Shown: positions 36,364 through 45,780 of the stretch, piece after piece
How positions within the stretch are numbered: position 1 is the first letter of the stretch
Layout: every line of letters begins with the position of its first letter
Assembly (NCBI GenBank): GCA_964612745.1
Contig: CAZTCH010000005.1
Span: 5,448-69,447, forward strand
Source: an uncultured Candidatus Saccharibacteria bacterium
GTDB taxonomy: Bacteria; Patescibacteriota; Doudnabacteria; UBA920
Length of the DNA stretch: 64,000 nt
Direction: 5' to 3'
Position numbers and translations under genes: made by a program
Notes under the pieces: generated by a model
Told to the model about the DNA's origin: nothing
The model's database searches: none
The model's input: only the letters and a program-made list of their open reading frames with translations

Positions 36364-37089
36364 ATGTCTTACTTTTTACACACAGCAGAACTCACCACAG
36401 GCGGGCACGACAGCCTGACCGGTGAAGAAGCACGCCATGCGCTACACGCACGCCGGAGCAAAGTGGGTGAGCACATAGAAGTACAGACACCCGCAGGACG
36501 CCGCTATGACTGCGTCATAACCGGTATACAGAAAACAACTTTAGAGTTTACGGTTGCACAAGAAATATCCACACCAGCAGAACCAGCCGTAGCCGTAACC
36601 ATTTGTCTTGCCTACATTAACGAACAAGCATTAGACATCTGCATTCAAAAAGCAACAGAGCTTGGAGCAGCAGCACTTACTATATTCCCTGCAGCCAACT
36701 CTCCCCACGCGCCCAAAGAAACAAAACTTGCACGTTGGCAAAAAATTAGCACCGAAGCAGCCAAACAATGTGGCCGTCGCTTCCCACTAGCAATATCCAC
36801 CAGTCAATCACTAGAAGAGACACTTACCACCACTTCTGGCATCCGTATGTACACAGCAGCAAACGCCCCTGAATCACTCAGACTCCCCACTCCTTCGCCC
36901 ACCACAGTGTGCATCTGGGTTGGTCCCGAAGGCGGGTTTAGCACCGAAGAGGCCCACATCTTCGAAACACATGGCGTACAAGCTGCGTCCCTCCCCGGCT
37001 ACACCTTACGCTCCGAAACAGCAGCGATTACCGCGATTGGCGTTACATTGAGCCAAGCCGCCCAAACCAGCACCACACCCCTGAGTTAA
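36364..37089 (+). CDS. rsmE: 16S rRNA (uracil1498-N3)-methyltransferase, RsmE family (SPOUT)
   Basis: It shows RsmE architecture, with a PUA-like N-terminus and a C-terminal WVGPEGGFSTEE...SLPGYTLRSETAAI. Confidence 0.75.
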   Translation: MSYFLHTAELTTGGHDSLTGEEARHALHARRSKVGEHIEVQTPAGRRYDCVITGIQKTTLEFTVAQEISTPAEPAVAVTICLAYINEQALDICIQKATELGAAALTIFPAANSPHAPKETKLARWQKISTEAAKQCGRRFPLAISTSQSLEETLTTTSGIRMYTAANAPESLRLPTPSPTTVCIWVGPEGGFSTEEAHIFETHGVQAASLPGYTLRSETAAITAIGVTLSQAAQTSTTPLS

Positions 37090-37126
37090 CCATATATTTC
37101 CAATATTCTGGCTCATTTGTAACAAC

Positions 37127-37717
37127 ATGGACAGTCAAAACGTCTACAATATCAGGAAAGAAAACAAAGTGCCAGAACGTTCTTTAGAAACTGGAATTTT
37201 TGAACAAGCGCAAAAAGGGGATCTCGAAGCTCTGGGAGTAATTTACGATCAGTACTTTGAGCGAATCTTTAAGTTTGTGTACTTCAGAACCAGCCACAAA
37301 GAAACTGCGGAAGACATAACCGAGGCAGTGTTCAGCAAAGCATTCAAAGCACTCCCAACGCAAGATGGCGGTGCTGGAAAATTCTCTGCGTGGTTATTCC
37401 AGATTGCTCGAAATGCCGTTATTGACCACTACCGACAAAAGAAAGTAGTCATAGCGCTGGAAGATTTAGAGCACGAACCGAGTTACAACACCACCGTGGT
37501 AGATGAACTTGCCACACAGCACGAACACCACATGCTACTGAAAGGCTTAGACCAGCTCGACCCTCTCCAAGCGACTGTGGTAAAACTCCGCTTTCTGGAA
37601 GACTTGAGCATCAAAGAAATTGCAGCGCAACTTGGCAAGACCCAAGGTAACATACGCATTATGCAATTCCGCGCACTAGAACAACTCAGAAAACATATTA
37701 GTAAGCAACAATTGTGA
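37127..37717 (+). CDS. ECF-type RNA polymerase sigma-70 family factor
   Basis: Region 2 (FSAWLFQIARNAVIDHYRQ) and the region 4 HTH (LSIKEIAAQLGKTQGNIRIMQFRALEQLR) are present. Confidence 0.8.
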   Translation: MDSQNVYNIRKENKVPERSLETGIFEQAQKGDLEALGVIYDQYFERIFKFVYFRTSHKETAEDITEAVFSKAFKALPTQDGGAGKFSAWLFQIARNAVIDHYRQKKVVIALEDLEHEPSYNTTVVDELATQHEHHMLLKGLDQLDPLQATVVKLRFLEDLSIKEIAAQLGKTQGNIRIMQFRALEQLRKHISKQQL

Positions 37718-38799
37718 TATACGAACAGTTCCAAGCATATAGACTCGAAAAACGCCTACGCACACTAGGTGGTTTTGACGCTGGAACAAAAGACGAACTC
37801 ACTGCCCTTGCAGCAGCGATTTCACAAATCCCAAAAGCAAGCTACCCTACCCCACACAAACGCCGCGCCTATTTAACCACTGCAAGCCTCCCCCATGTCG
37901 CCCACGGACTCCGTATGGCAACACTCGCAGGCAGACTCGCTGGTGCTACTCTTGTGTTAGGAATACTCACTACAACCGTTTTTGCATGGGCAAGTAAACC
38001 TGGGAGCACTTTGTACGTATACAAAAACCGCACCCAAGACTTACGTCTAAAACTAGTCGCCAGCGAAACTGAAAAAGCAGACCTCAGACTGTCTTTTGCA
38101 GAGAGCAGACTAGCAGAAACGCAAACACTTTTGGAAAGCAACGCAGACAGCAGCACAAAGACTGCAGCTATTTCTGCACTCGCCAAACAAACCGAGCAAA
38201 CGGTAGCAATTGTAAAACAAGTTGCTTTAGACCAAAAAGATACTGGACTTCTGGACCGCTTGCAGACTATTACAGACAAGCAGACCGAAGTAATTTCTAG
38301 CACCTCTGACCCAGAAGTACAATCTGTTGCCCAAAGCGCTCTGAAAACTACCGCAGAAGGTACAAAGCAAATTGCCGAAACCAAACGCCTCGTTATAGCT
38401 GGTAGCGAAGCAGCGCTAGCAAAGCTAAACACCACAACTACCAGCACCGGCACAGTAACCAAAGTGACCTCCGACAAAGTATACATTGCAAAAGAAGTCT
38501 TTAGCATAAACGCCGAAACCAAAGTAGTGGTAGACACACAACTCGAAGCACTGAAACCAGTGGTACTCGCTGGACAACAAGTAAGTATTTCTGCAACACA
38601 AATAAGTACCGGAGAACTAGTCGCTACAGAAATTCGCATTACCGCAGTTGGAAAAGTAAGAGGCACCACGACTACCACCCCAGAGCCAACTCCAACCATA
38701 GAAGAAACAATCCCCGAAGACGCAAATCCAGAAAACGCTCCCCCAGCAGCACAAGCAGGATTCTTGGTAGAAGACCCTGCCCCACTCTACAACGAGTAA
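37714..38799 (+). CDS. Membrane-anchored protein downstream of the ECF sigma (putative anti-sigma factor / DUF5667-like coiled-coil ectodomain)
   Basis: There is a 4-nt ATGA overlap with the sigma gene. A single TM (LAGATLVLGILTTTVFAWA) is followed by a long helical ectodomain. Confidence 0.45.
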   Translation: MIYEQFQAYRLEKRLRTLGGFDAGTKDELTALAAAISQIPKASYPTPHKRRAYLTTASLPHVAHGLRMATLAGRLAGATLVLGILTTTVFAWASKPGSTLYVYKNRTQDLRLKLVASETEKADLRLSFAESRLAETQTLLESNADSSTKTAAISALAKQTEQTVAIVKQVALDQKDTGLLDRLQTITDKQTEVISSTSDPEVQSVAQSALKTTAEGTKQIAETKRLVIAGSEAALAKLNTTTTSTGTVTKVTSDKVYIAKEVFSINAETKVVVDTQLEALKPVVLAGQQVSISATQISTGELVATEIRITAVGKVRGTTTTTPEPTPTIEETIPEDANPENAPPAAQAGFLVEDPAPLYNE

Positions 38800-39075
38800 C
38801 TTCAGTTTTGGAACCGGCTCCAATCCCCGCATTGGAGCTCATTCCGGAACGGAAATCCATACCGGACAACAGCAGGCTCAATGCCCGCTGCGCAGAAACA
38901 AAGCAATTTTGTGCTCATAAACCGAGTGCAAAACAACACAAAAACAGCCTAATTCTAGAGATATGGCTGTTTTTGTTTTCTCTGGCATAACAAGACAAAA
39001 ATAGATATAATAAGCACAGGCAAATGGCGCTAAAGCAGTACGCAGCTGGTAGGGCTTCAGCGGCATATACATTGT

Positions 39076-39163
39076 GGAGAGGTCGCATAGTGGTCTAGTG
39101 CGGCGGTCTTGAAAACCGTTGTACCGAAAGGTACCGAGGGTTCGAATCCCTCTCTCTCCGCCA
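39076..39163 (+). tRNA. tRNA-Ser (anticodon TGA), long variable arm, CCA encoded
   Basis: GGAGAGGTCGCATAGTGGTCTAGTGCGGCGGTCTTGAAAACCGTTGTACCGAAAGGTACCGAGGGTTCGAATCCCTCTCTCTCCGCCA. Confidence 0.9.
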
Positions 39164-39361
39164 CAGATAGGTTGGTCAAATATGGTCAATCTATCTGTGT
39201 TAAATATAAGTCTGGTAGTTAAACCAAAAATAGTAAAGTAGGGTTTATTTAAAAAGAAGACATAATCAAAAAATATTCTAGCTGTAAAGCAACTATCTTT
39301 TGGTCTGGAAATCAAAACTAAGTAATTTTTTGTGCTTCAAAAAGTGTAAAATTTGAAATAT

Positions 39362-40408
39362 ATGGCTAACAAAAGTAAAAAAATAGAAGTTATTGATCTT
39401 TTCAGTGGAGTGGGAGGTTTAACGTATGGATTAAGAAAATCAGGATTATCAGTTTTAGCTGGTGTTGATAATGATGATTCATGCGCATATGCGTATGAGA
39501 AGAATAATAAAGCTAAATTCATCTCCGCTGATATTTCTGATTTTGATTTTAAAAAATTGAATAAAATTTACTCTAAAGATAGTGTTCGAGTGCTCGTTGG
39601 GTGCGCCCCATGTCAACCGTTTTCTTCTCATGCTTTTAAACTACGTAAAGACGCAAGTGATGTACGGTGGAATTTGCTAGATCATTTTATTCGCGGAGTC
39701 AAAGTCGTAAAACCAGACATTGTTTCAATGGAGAATGTCCGAGGTGTGACAAAGACTGATGTTTTTAAAAATTTTGTCAGCGAACTTGAAAAGCTTGGTT
39801 ATAAAGTTGATTGGAAAGTTGTATACGCTCCCAACTATGGTGTCCCTCAAAATCGTAGCCGCCTTATCCTGCTTGCTTCAAGGCTTGGTGAGATTGCGAT
39901 ACCAAAGGAAACTCATACGAAAGAAAATTATGTCACGGTCGGAGACATAATTTGTGAACTACCGAGTATTGAAGCAGGAGAAGTATCAAAGCAGGATCAA
40001 TTACACCAAGCAAAGAAACTTGAACCTATTAATAAAAAGCGGATTTTACAATCAAAGCCTGGCGGTACTTGGCGAGATTGGGATAAGAGCCTTTTACCAA
40101 ATTGCTACAAAAAAGACAGCGGGCAAACGTACACGGCTGTGTATGGGCGGATGAGATGGGAGGATGTATCACCAACCATTACTACACAATTTACCAGTTA
40201 TGGATCTGGCAGGTTCGGGCATCCAACGCAGAATCGAGCACTTTCCATCCGCGAGGGTGCGTTATTACAGACATTTCCCATTGATTACGATTTTGGGAAC
40301 TTTCCTGCCGCAAAGCTGAGTAGACACATTGGAAATGCAGTACCACCGCAATTAGGAATGGTTATTGGTAGGCAGATAAAGAAGCATCTTGAAACATATG
40401 GAAAGTGA
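39362..40408 (+). CDS. DNA (cytosine-5)-methyltransferase
   Basis: All C5-MTase motifs are present: I FSGVGG, IV GCAPCQPFS, VI MENVRG, VIII QNRSRLIL, X IGNAVPPQL. The ORF-track start at 39353 is a TTG; ATG at 39362 is more likely. The gene is AT-rich relative to its neighbours. Confidence 0.9.
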   Translation: MANKSKKIEVIDLFSGVGGLTYGLRKSGLSVLAGVDNDDSCAYAYEKNNKAKFISADISDFDFKKLNKIYSKDSVRVLVGCAPCQPFSSHAFKLRKDASDVRWNLLDHFIRGVKVVKPDIVSMENVRGVTKTDVFKNFVSELEKLGYKVDWKVVYAPNYGVPQNRSRLILLASRLGEIAIPKETHTKENYVTVGDIICELPSIEAGEVSKQDQLHQAKKLEPINKKRILQSKPGGTWRDWDKSLLPNCYKKDSGQTYTAVYGRMRWEDVSPTITTQFTSYGSGRFGHPTQNRALSIREGALLQTFPIDYDFGNFPAAKLSRHIGNAVPPQLGMVIGRQIKKHLETYGK

Positions 40409-42101
40409 AAAGTATACATTCAATATCTCACTGAGTGTTTTAAATCATCTTGGAAGGAACTTATATCGCAGTTTTCCCACTGTCTTAGGCGAAGCAATTT
40501 CTAACGCATGGGATGCAAATGCTAAAAATGTCTGGATTGAAATAGACAGAGACAATAACAGGTTCTGGATCAAAGATGATGGTGTTGGTATGGACTCCAA
40601 AGATTTTAAAGAAAAATTTTTAAAAGTTGGATATTCGAAACGAACAAGAGGAGGCATGACTTCACCAGAGCCATTTTCTCGTCCTTACATAGGAAATAAA
40701 GGCATTGGAAAGTTAGCTCTCTTATCATGCGCTGACAAAATAACAGTCATTTCAAGAAAAACAAAAGAAGACGACTACGTAGGAGGAGCAATTGACAACT
40801 CGGGACTAGATAAAGCAATACTGGATGATACATCTTCACATGACTACCCTCTTGAGCCCGCAGACGAATCGCTATTCACATCTATAAAAACCAGTCACGA
40901 CAACGGGACAATTATTTGTTTTGAAAATATCAAAGAAGGAATTCACAATACTGATGATTTTTTGAAAAAAATAATAGCACTTCATTTTCGGTTTTCTCTC
41001 GTTGATCCGAATTTCAATATTTATCTAGATGGCGAACTAGTAACACTTGAGTCGCTGAAAAGCATCGCGGAGAAAACCGAATTTGTTTGGAATATAAATG
41101 ATTGGACTGGCGATGATTATCTCGAAAAATATTGCGCTAATGTTCACAAAACTATACCTACTAAAATGTCCGACAATGTCACGGGCTTTATCGCGTCTGT
41201 TGAATTTCCAAAGGATAGAAACATACATTCGACAGGTGAAAAAGTTGGTGTGGACTTGTTTGTAAATGGGCGCGTAAGAGAAACTGACACCTTAAAACAC
41301 ATTCCTTCCGCCCAGCTCCCTGAGAACTATCTGTATGGACAGATCCACTTTAATGCACTGGATGAAGACGGGAAAGATCGGTTTATTAGTAGCCGAGAGG
41401 GCGTGCTCGCCGACGACCCCCTTTACAAAGGGTTTTTAGACGAGCTAAAAAAGACCATTCTTTCAATAATGGATCAATGGGATGATCTTCGTGATAAACG
41501 TGGCAAGGACGGAGATCTTGAAAAAGCATCCAAAATAAAAAAAGCAAAATCCTTGGTTCGGGAAGTTGCGAAAGAATACACAACTGGATCTAAAGATAAC
41601 GATGACTTTATTAGGAATCTTATCGACGACGCTGCTTATAATAGCAGTAGTTACGCCCAATGCTTTATCTCTGAAAATCTGTTACGTAGACATATTGACG
41701 GTGATGGAATGACGCCCTCTGTTTGTCTAAATAAAGAACCGAGTGGTAATACCTGCTCTGATAGGAACAAGTTAGATCAAAAAAACACCAGCTTCTGTGC
41801 ATATTGCAAAGGCGAGCGTCGCAAAAATTTATTGCAGGATGAAAAAAAGAATGCAGGAACTTCAATACAGATTAGAAGCGCCGAAGATAACCTCCTAATG
41901 TATTTGGACTATGTTGATCTCGCAAAAATTATTGATGACCGCATCCTCAAGGATGAGGACAAGCCTTATAAACCACTCAGAAATTCTGTCATGCACACTG
42001 CTAGACTAACAGAAGAAGCAAAAACAAAGCTGACATCCGTTTTTGATAATGTTGTAGCAACAGTTAAAAAACTGGTTAGCGATACCGAAGAAAAAGAATA
42101 A
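40398..42101 (+). CDS. GHKL-superfamily (HATPase_c / MORC-MutL-like) ATPase with uncharacterised C-terminal half containing a Cys4 cluster
   Basis: The Bergerat-fold boxes N (EAISNAWDANA), G1 (DDGVGMD) and G2 (GNKGIGKLA) are present. There is a C-terminal CLNKEPSGNTC...CAYC cluster. The gene overlaps the MTase stop by 11 nt. The ORF-track start at 40389 is a TTG. Confidence 0.75.
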   Translation: MESEKYTFNISLSVLNHLGRNLYRSFPTVLGEAISNAWDANAKNVWIEIDRDNNRFWIKDDGVGMDSKDFKEKFLKVGYSKRTRGGMTSPEPFSRPYIGNKGIGKLALLSCADKITVISRKTKEDDYVGGAIDNSGLDKAILDDTSSHDYPLEPADESLFTSIKTSHDNGTIICFENIKEGIHNTDDFLKKIIALHFRFSLVDPNFNIYLDGELVTLESLKSIAEKTEFVWNINDWTGDDYLEKYCANVHKTIPTKMSDNVTGFIASVEFPKDRNIHSTGEKVGVDLFVNGRVRETDTLKHIPSAQLPENYLYGQIHFNALDEDGKDRFISSREGVLADDPLYKGFLDELKKTILSIMDQWDDLRDKRGKDGDLEKASKIKKAKSLVREVAKEYTTGSKDNDDFIRNLIDDAAYNSSSYAQCFISENLLRRHIDGDGMTPSVCLNKEPSGNTCSDRNKLDQKNTSFCAYCKGERRKNLLQDEKKNAGTSIQIRSAEDNLLMYLDYVDLAKIIDDRILKDEDKPYKPLRNSVMHTARLTEEAKTKLTSVFDNVVATVKKLVSDTEEKE

Positions 42102-42451
42102 GGAGTAACCTACATGAGTAACGGGCTTGCGTCAGGAGAGAATAAACAGGCAAACGTATACAGGTTTGTTTGCACCCTCTAACAACCAGCAGCTTTTTTC
42201 CTTGCTACAAGTCACATCACGAATACCTTGAACACCGAAACAGTCGGCTCAAACTAATACCATCGGACCATGTTCAGGTAGTACGTATGATTTATATAGA
42301 CTAGAGCACAAAACGCAGATAGGTATACCTCAGAATTCCTGACAGGAAACAATCACACAATGTCCAAATAATTTAGCCAGTGACAATAACCCAGTTAAAA
42401 TCAGACTGCGCGAAAATCTGCTATACTACTAGTAGAAGTTAGATTTGTTCT

Positions 42452-42925
42452 ATGTCCGAAACAAACACAGTACATTTTGAATGGCAGGCGCACGAGTTTA
42501 AGCCGTACGAAAAGTCTATCGTATGGTACATTGGACTGTGTGTTATTGTAACACTCTTGGCGCTGTACCAGTTTTTTGTTGCAGACTACTTTGGTGCTAT
42601 TACCATGGTTATTTTGGGAGCGCTTATTATTTTCTTTGCCAAACGCAAACCAGAAATAGTACAACTCTCTCTCGACGACGAAGGAGTAGGCATTGGCGAA
42701 CTACGTTTCCCCTACCGCCACTTTAAACACTTTTGGATTGTAACCACCAAAGACCACAGAACACTAAACCTAGAAGCAAGCACTTATCTTTCGCAAACAG
42801 TTATACTAGAGCTCGAAGACCAAGACCCAGAAAAGATTCGCAAGTTTTTAGTAAAACATGTGCCAGAGTCGGAGCGAGTCATCCCTTCGTTCTCCCAGCG
42901 CATTGCTCACCGCCTGAAATTCTAA
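42452..42925 (+). CDS. Membrane protein with two TM helices and a bacterial PH-like domain
   Basis: The TMs are IVWYIGLCVIVTLLALYQFFV and ITMVILGALIIFFA, followed by a soluble ~90-aa domain. Confidence 0.45.
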   Translation: MSETNTVHFEWQAHEFKPYEKSIVWYIGLCVIVTLLALYQFFVADYFGAITMVILGALIIFFAKRKPEIVQLSLDDEGVGIGELRFPYRHFKHFWIVTTKDHRTLNLEASTYLSQTVILELEDQDPEKIRKFLVKHVPESERVIPSFSQRIAHRLKF

Positions 42926-42982
42926 ACATGCTCACCCGAGCATGTTTTCATTTCCCTGTTTGCTCACACGTTACTTATTTTC

Positions 42983-43030
42983 CTGTTTAGATGTTTCTAT
43001 GTTTACATGTTTGCATGTTTAAATGTTTCC
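42983..43030 (+). repeat. Second ATGTTTNN 8-bp tandem array (six units)
   Basis: The units read ctgtttag atgtttct atgtttac atgtttgc atgtttaa atgtttcc. The array lies 70 bp upstream of tRNA-Arg. Confidence 0.8.
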
Positions 43031-43097
43031 ACGCCCCACCCCTTGTCCCCCACCCGTATATTGCGTACAATAACCCTCGGGTGTACATACTTGTGTT

Positions 43098-43174
43098 GTT
43101 TTCGTAGCTCAACTGGATAGAGCGCAGCCCTCCGAAGGCTGAGGTTGTGGGTTCAAATCCCGCCGAGAACACCA
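43098..43174 (+). tRNA. tRNA-Arg (anticodon CCG)
   Basis: GTTTTCGTAGCTCAACTGGATAGAGCGCAGCCCTCCGAAGGCTGAGGTTGTGGGTTCAAATCCCGCCGAGAACACCA. This is a 77-nt cloverleaf with a G-U pair in the acceptor stem. Confidence 0.85.
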
Positions 43175-43253
43175 GAAGCTTGCACGCCACATACCCCACA
43201 GCTGCTCGTATACGCAGCTTTTTTATTTAGTTTCTGCGTGATACCATACATGC

Positions 43254-45347
43254 ATGCACTTACACACCCCCCTTGTACAACTGACTGGCGTTGGAGAAAA
43301 ACAAGCCAAAACCCTTCAGAGCATGGGTGTGTCTACCGTGGCAGATTTACTCCAGTATTTCCCCACACGGTATTTGGACTTTAGCAAGTTTGTACCAATT
43401 GCATCTGCTGTTGCGGGCGAAGTAGTCACTATTTCCGGGACTATTAGCAGTATTTCTTCTCGGTTTAGCTTTAAAACCAGAAAAACAGTCGCAGAAGCAA
43501 CTGTTACAGACGCCACCGGAAAAATACATGCCACATGGTTTAACCAAGGCTACATAGCCACTGCACTGCAAAAAGGTGACGCTGTGCTTCTTTCGGGCAA
43601 AGTAAATATATTTAAAGATAAACTGCAACTTGTAAACCCCATATACGAAAAAGCAACTACAGAGAGCATCCACACGGGCAGATTAGTACCCATATACAAA
43701 CTCCCGGAAGGCATGTTTCCTAAAACATTCCGCAAGCTGGTGCATGCAGCGTTACCTGTGGCAAAAGAACTGGAAGATGCGATACCGAAGACTACCAGAG
43801 ACGAATACAGCCTGCCCACACTTTCGGAAAGCATACAAGAGTTACATTTCCCCAAGTCCGAAGAATCGGTACAAGCTGCTCGCCACCGCATGGCTTTTTT
43901 TGAGCTGCTCGTCCAGCAAATGGCAGTCCTCGAACACAAAAAAATCCTGCGCGCACAAGCAGCACCGAGCATAGATCTTCCCAAAAAAGTACAAACCCAA
44001 CTTACCAAAAAACTCCCCTTTCGCTTAACCGAAGGGCAGCAAAATGCTCTGACAGAGATAGTGTCCGACCTTGCACACAAGCACCCCATGAACCGATTAT
44101 TGCAAGGAGATGTCGGCAGTGGTAAAACAATCGTCGCCCTCCTTGCTGCGGTTGCCTGCATTATGCACGGCTACCAAGCACTCTTTGTTGCCCCAACCGA
44201 AGTCCTCGCGCGCCAACACTTTTTATCCCTTGCCAAGCTACTGGAGACCATGGGTATTCCTGCGTCTGCGCTTCTCTATAGCAGAAGCTTTAAAGAAAGC
44301 TCTACTACGGGCACTCTTACAAAAAAAGCTGCACAAGCAGCTATTGCCAGTGGCGAAGCACGACTCATAGTTGCCACGCACGCCATTCTCCAAGAAGATG
44401 TGCAATTTGCACACGTTGCACTCGTCGTCATAGACGAACAACACCGGTTTGGGGTTGGGCAACGAGCAGAAGTCATACGGGCAGACAAAAACTGTAACGT
44501 ACCCGTAGCGGGAAGCAGCAACCAAAGCTGGACCCCACACCTTTTGTCCATGAGCGCTACCCCTATCCCAAGAACAGCAGCGTTAGCCTTGTGTGAAGAC
44601 TTAGACATTAGCACCATTCCCGAGCCACCCAAGCACAAACTCCCGATTAAAACATGGGTTGTACCAGAAGCTAAGCGCGCTGGCTCTTACGATTTTATAA
44701 CAAAAGAAATAGACGCAGGGCACCAAGCATTTATAGTGACCCCACTGGTAGAAGAATCCGAAAAGCTTGCAGCAAAGGCAGCAAAAGCAGAATTTGAGCG
44801 ACTCGCAAAAGAAGTCTTCACCACACAAAGACTCGGTTTGTTGTATGGCACCATGAAAGGGGTAGAAAAAGAACAAGTCATGGCGCAATTCGCTGCACGT
44901 GAGTTAGATATTCTCGTGTGTACCTCTGTAATCGAAGTCGGCATAGATATACCGAATGCCACAGTCATAGTAATAGAAAATGCAGATAGATTTGGCCTCG
45001 CCCAACTGCACCAACTCCGCGGTCGGGTTGGACGTGGAAGCGCACAATCGTATTGCTTTCTGTTTTCCGAAACAACTAGTGCAAATAGTCGGCTGAACTT
45101 CTTTAGCAAAGAAGCAGATGGCTTTGCCCTTGCGAAATACGACATGGAACAACGCGGCTTTGGGACGCTGTTTAGCAGCGCACAAACAGGATTCGCACTC
45201 ACATTCGGCGAATTTGTGACCATGCCGCTCTTGGCACAAGCCAAAGCAGCAGCGCATACAATAGACGCGAAAAGTAAGACTTTACCAGAACACAGCAGAC
45301 TACTCTCACTTGCAAATAAGTACTTGCAGGGAATGCATATGGAATAG
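43254..45347 (+). CDS. recG: ATP-dependent DNA helicase RecG
   Basis: The N-terminal wedge region (LTGVGEKQAKTLQSMGVSTVADLLQYFPTRY), Walker A GDVGSGKT, DEQHRFGV and the helicase C-terminal motifs (QLHQLRGRVGRG) are all present. Confidence 0.9.
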   Translation: MHLHTPLVQLTGVGEKQAKTLQSMGVSTVADLLQYFPTRYLDFSKFVPIASAVAGEVVTISGTISSISSRFSFKTRKTVAEATVTDATGKIHATWFNQGYIATALQKGDAVLLSGKVNIFKDKLQLVNPIYEKATTESIHTGRLVPIYKLPEGMFPKTFRKLVHAALPVAKELEDAIPKTTRDEYSLPTLSESIQELHFPKSEESVQAARHRMAFFELLVQQMAVLEHKKILRAQAAPSIDLPKKVQTQLTKKLPFRLTEGQQNALTEIVSDLAHKHPMNRLLQGDVGSGKTIVALLAAVACIMHGYQALFVAPTEVLARQHFLSLAKLLETMGIPASALLYSRSFKESSTTGTLTKKAAQAAIASGEARLIVATHAILQEDVQFAHVALVVIDEQHRFGVGQRAEVIRADKNCNVPVAGSSNQSWTPHLLSMSATPIPRTAALALCEDLDISTIPEPPKHKLPIKTWVVPEAKRAGSYDFITKEIDAGHQAFIVTPLVEESEKLAAKAAKAEFERLAKEVFTTQRLGLLYGTMKGVEKEQVMAQFAARELDILVCTSVIEVGIDIPNATVIVIENADRFGLAQLHQLRGRVGRGSAQSYCFLFSETTSANSRLNFFSKEADGFALAKYDMEQRGFGTLFSSAQTGFALTFGEFVTMPLLAQAKAAAHTIDAKSKTLPEHSRLLSLANKYLQGMHME

Positions 45348-45780
45348 GAGCTAGTTGCGAGTAACTAGTTACGAGTTGCGAGAAAGACAAAGAAGTCGTC
45401 ACGTCTTAAAGTCGAACGGAGAAGGAAAAAGAGAATAGAGAGTAGAGAATAGAGGGTAGTAAGACAGGAATTAGGAGTTAGGCTTTAGTCAGCACCAAAT
45501 CTCAAGCACGAAATAACAAACAAATTCCAATCCGCCAGCTGGCGGACAAAATCCCAAACAAATACACCAACAACTAAAAAATCAAAACTCAAAAGTCGAA
45601 ACTTCAAATCAAAACTGTAAACTGCAATGCAATGCAGTTTTGACTTTATAGCTCTTTTTTATTTCGTTCTTGTAATGTGGGGTTTCCCAATAAATACAGT
45701 AGGAGTTGGAAAAATTAAAAATTGAAAATTGAAAATTGAAAATTTATCCTTCCTATTCTCTATTCTCTACTCTCTACCCT
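45348..45780. repeat. Mosaic intergenic repeat locus between recG and radA
   Basis: The modules are M2 (45350-45390), M1 (45393-45420), GAGAATAGAGAGTAGAG (45425-45462) with its inverted partner at 45751-45785, GGAATTAGGAGTTAGG, CCAATCCGCCAGCTGGCGGAC, the AAAACTCAAAAGTCGAAAC block and GAAAATTGAAAATTGAAAATT. Confidence 0.75.

Noticed and set aside
38878-39315. 145-aa minus-strand ORF spanning tRNA-Ser(TGA)
   Set aside because: It includes the translation of the tRNA itself (…[11 protein letters not shown]…), so it is spurious.
39353-40397. ORF-track start codons at 39353 (MTase) and 40389 (GHKL ATPase)
   Set aside because: Both positions are TTG triplets in the sequence. In-frame ATGs at 39362 and 40398 are more plausible starts, and the features are reported from those.
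42114-42182. 22-aa ORF with a GGAG RBS immediately after the GHKL ATPase gene (MSNGLASGENKQANVYRFVCTL)
   Set aside because: It is too short to support without conservation or expression data. It could be a chance ORF in AT-rich island DNA.
43550-45257. Minus-strand ORFs of 203, 185 and 117 aa inside recG
   Set aside because: The RecG frame has all helicase motifs, so these are antisense shadows.
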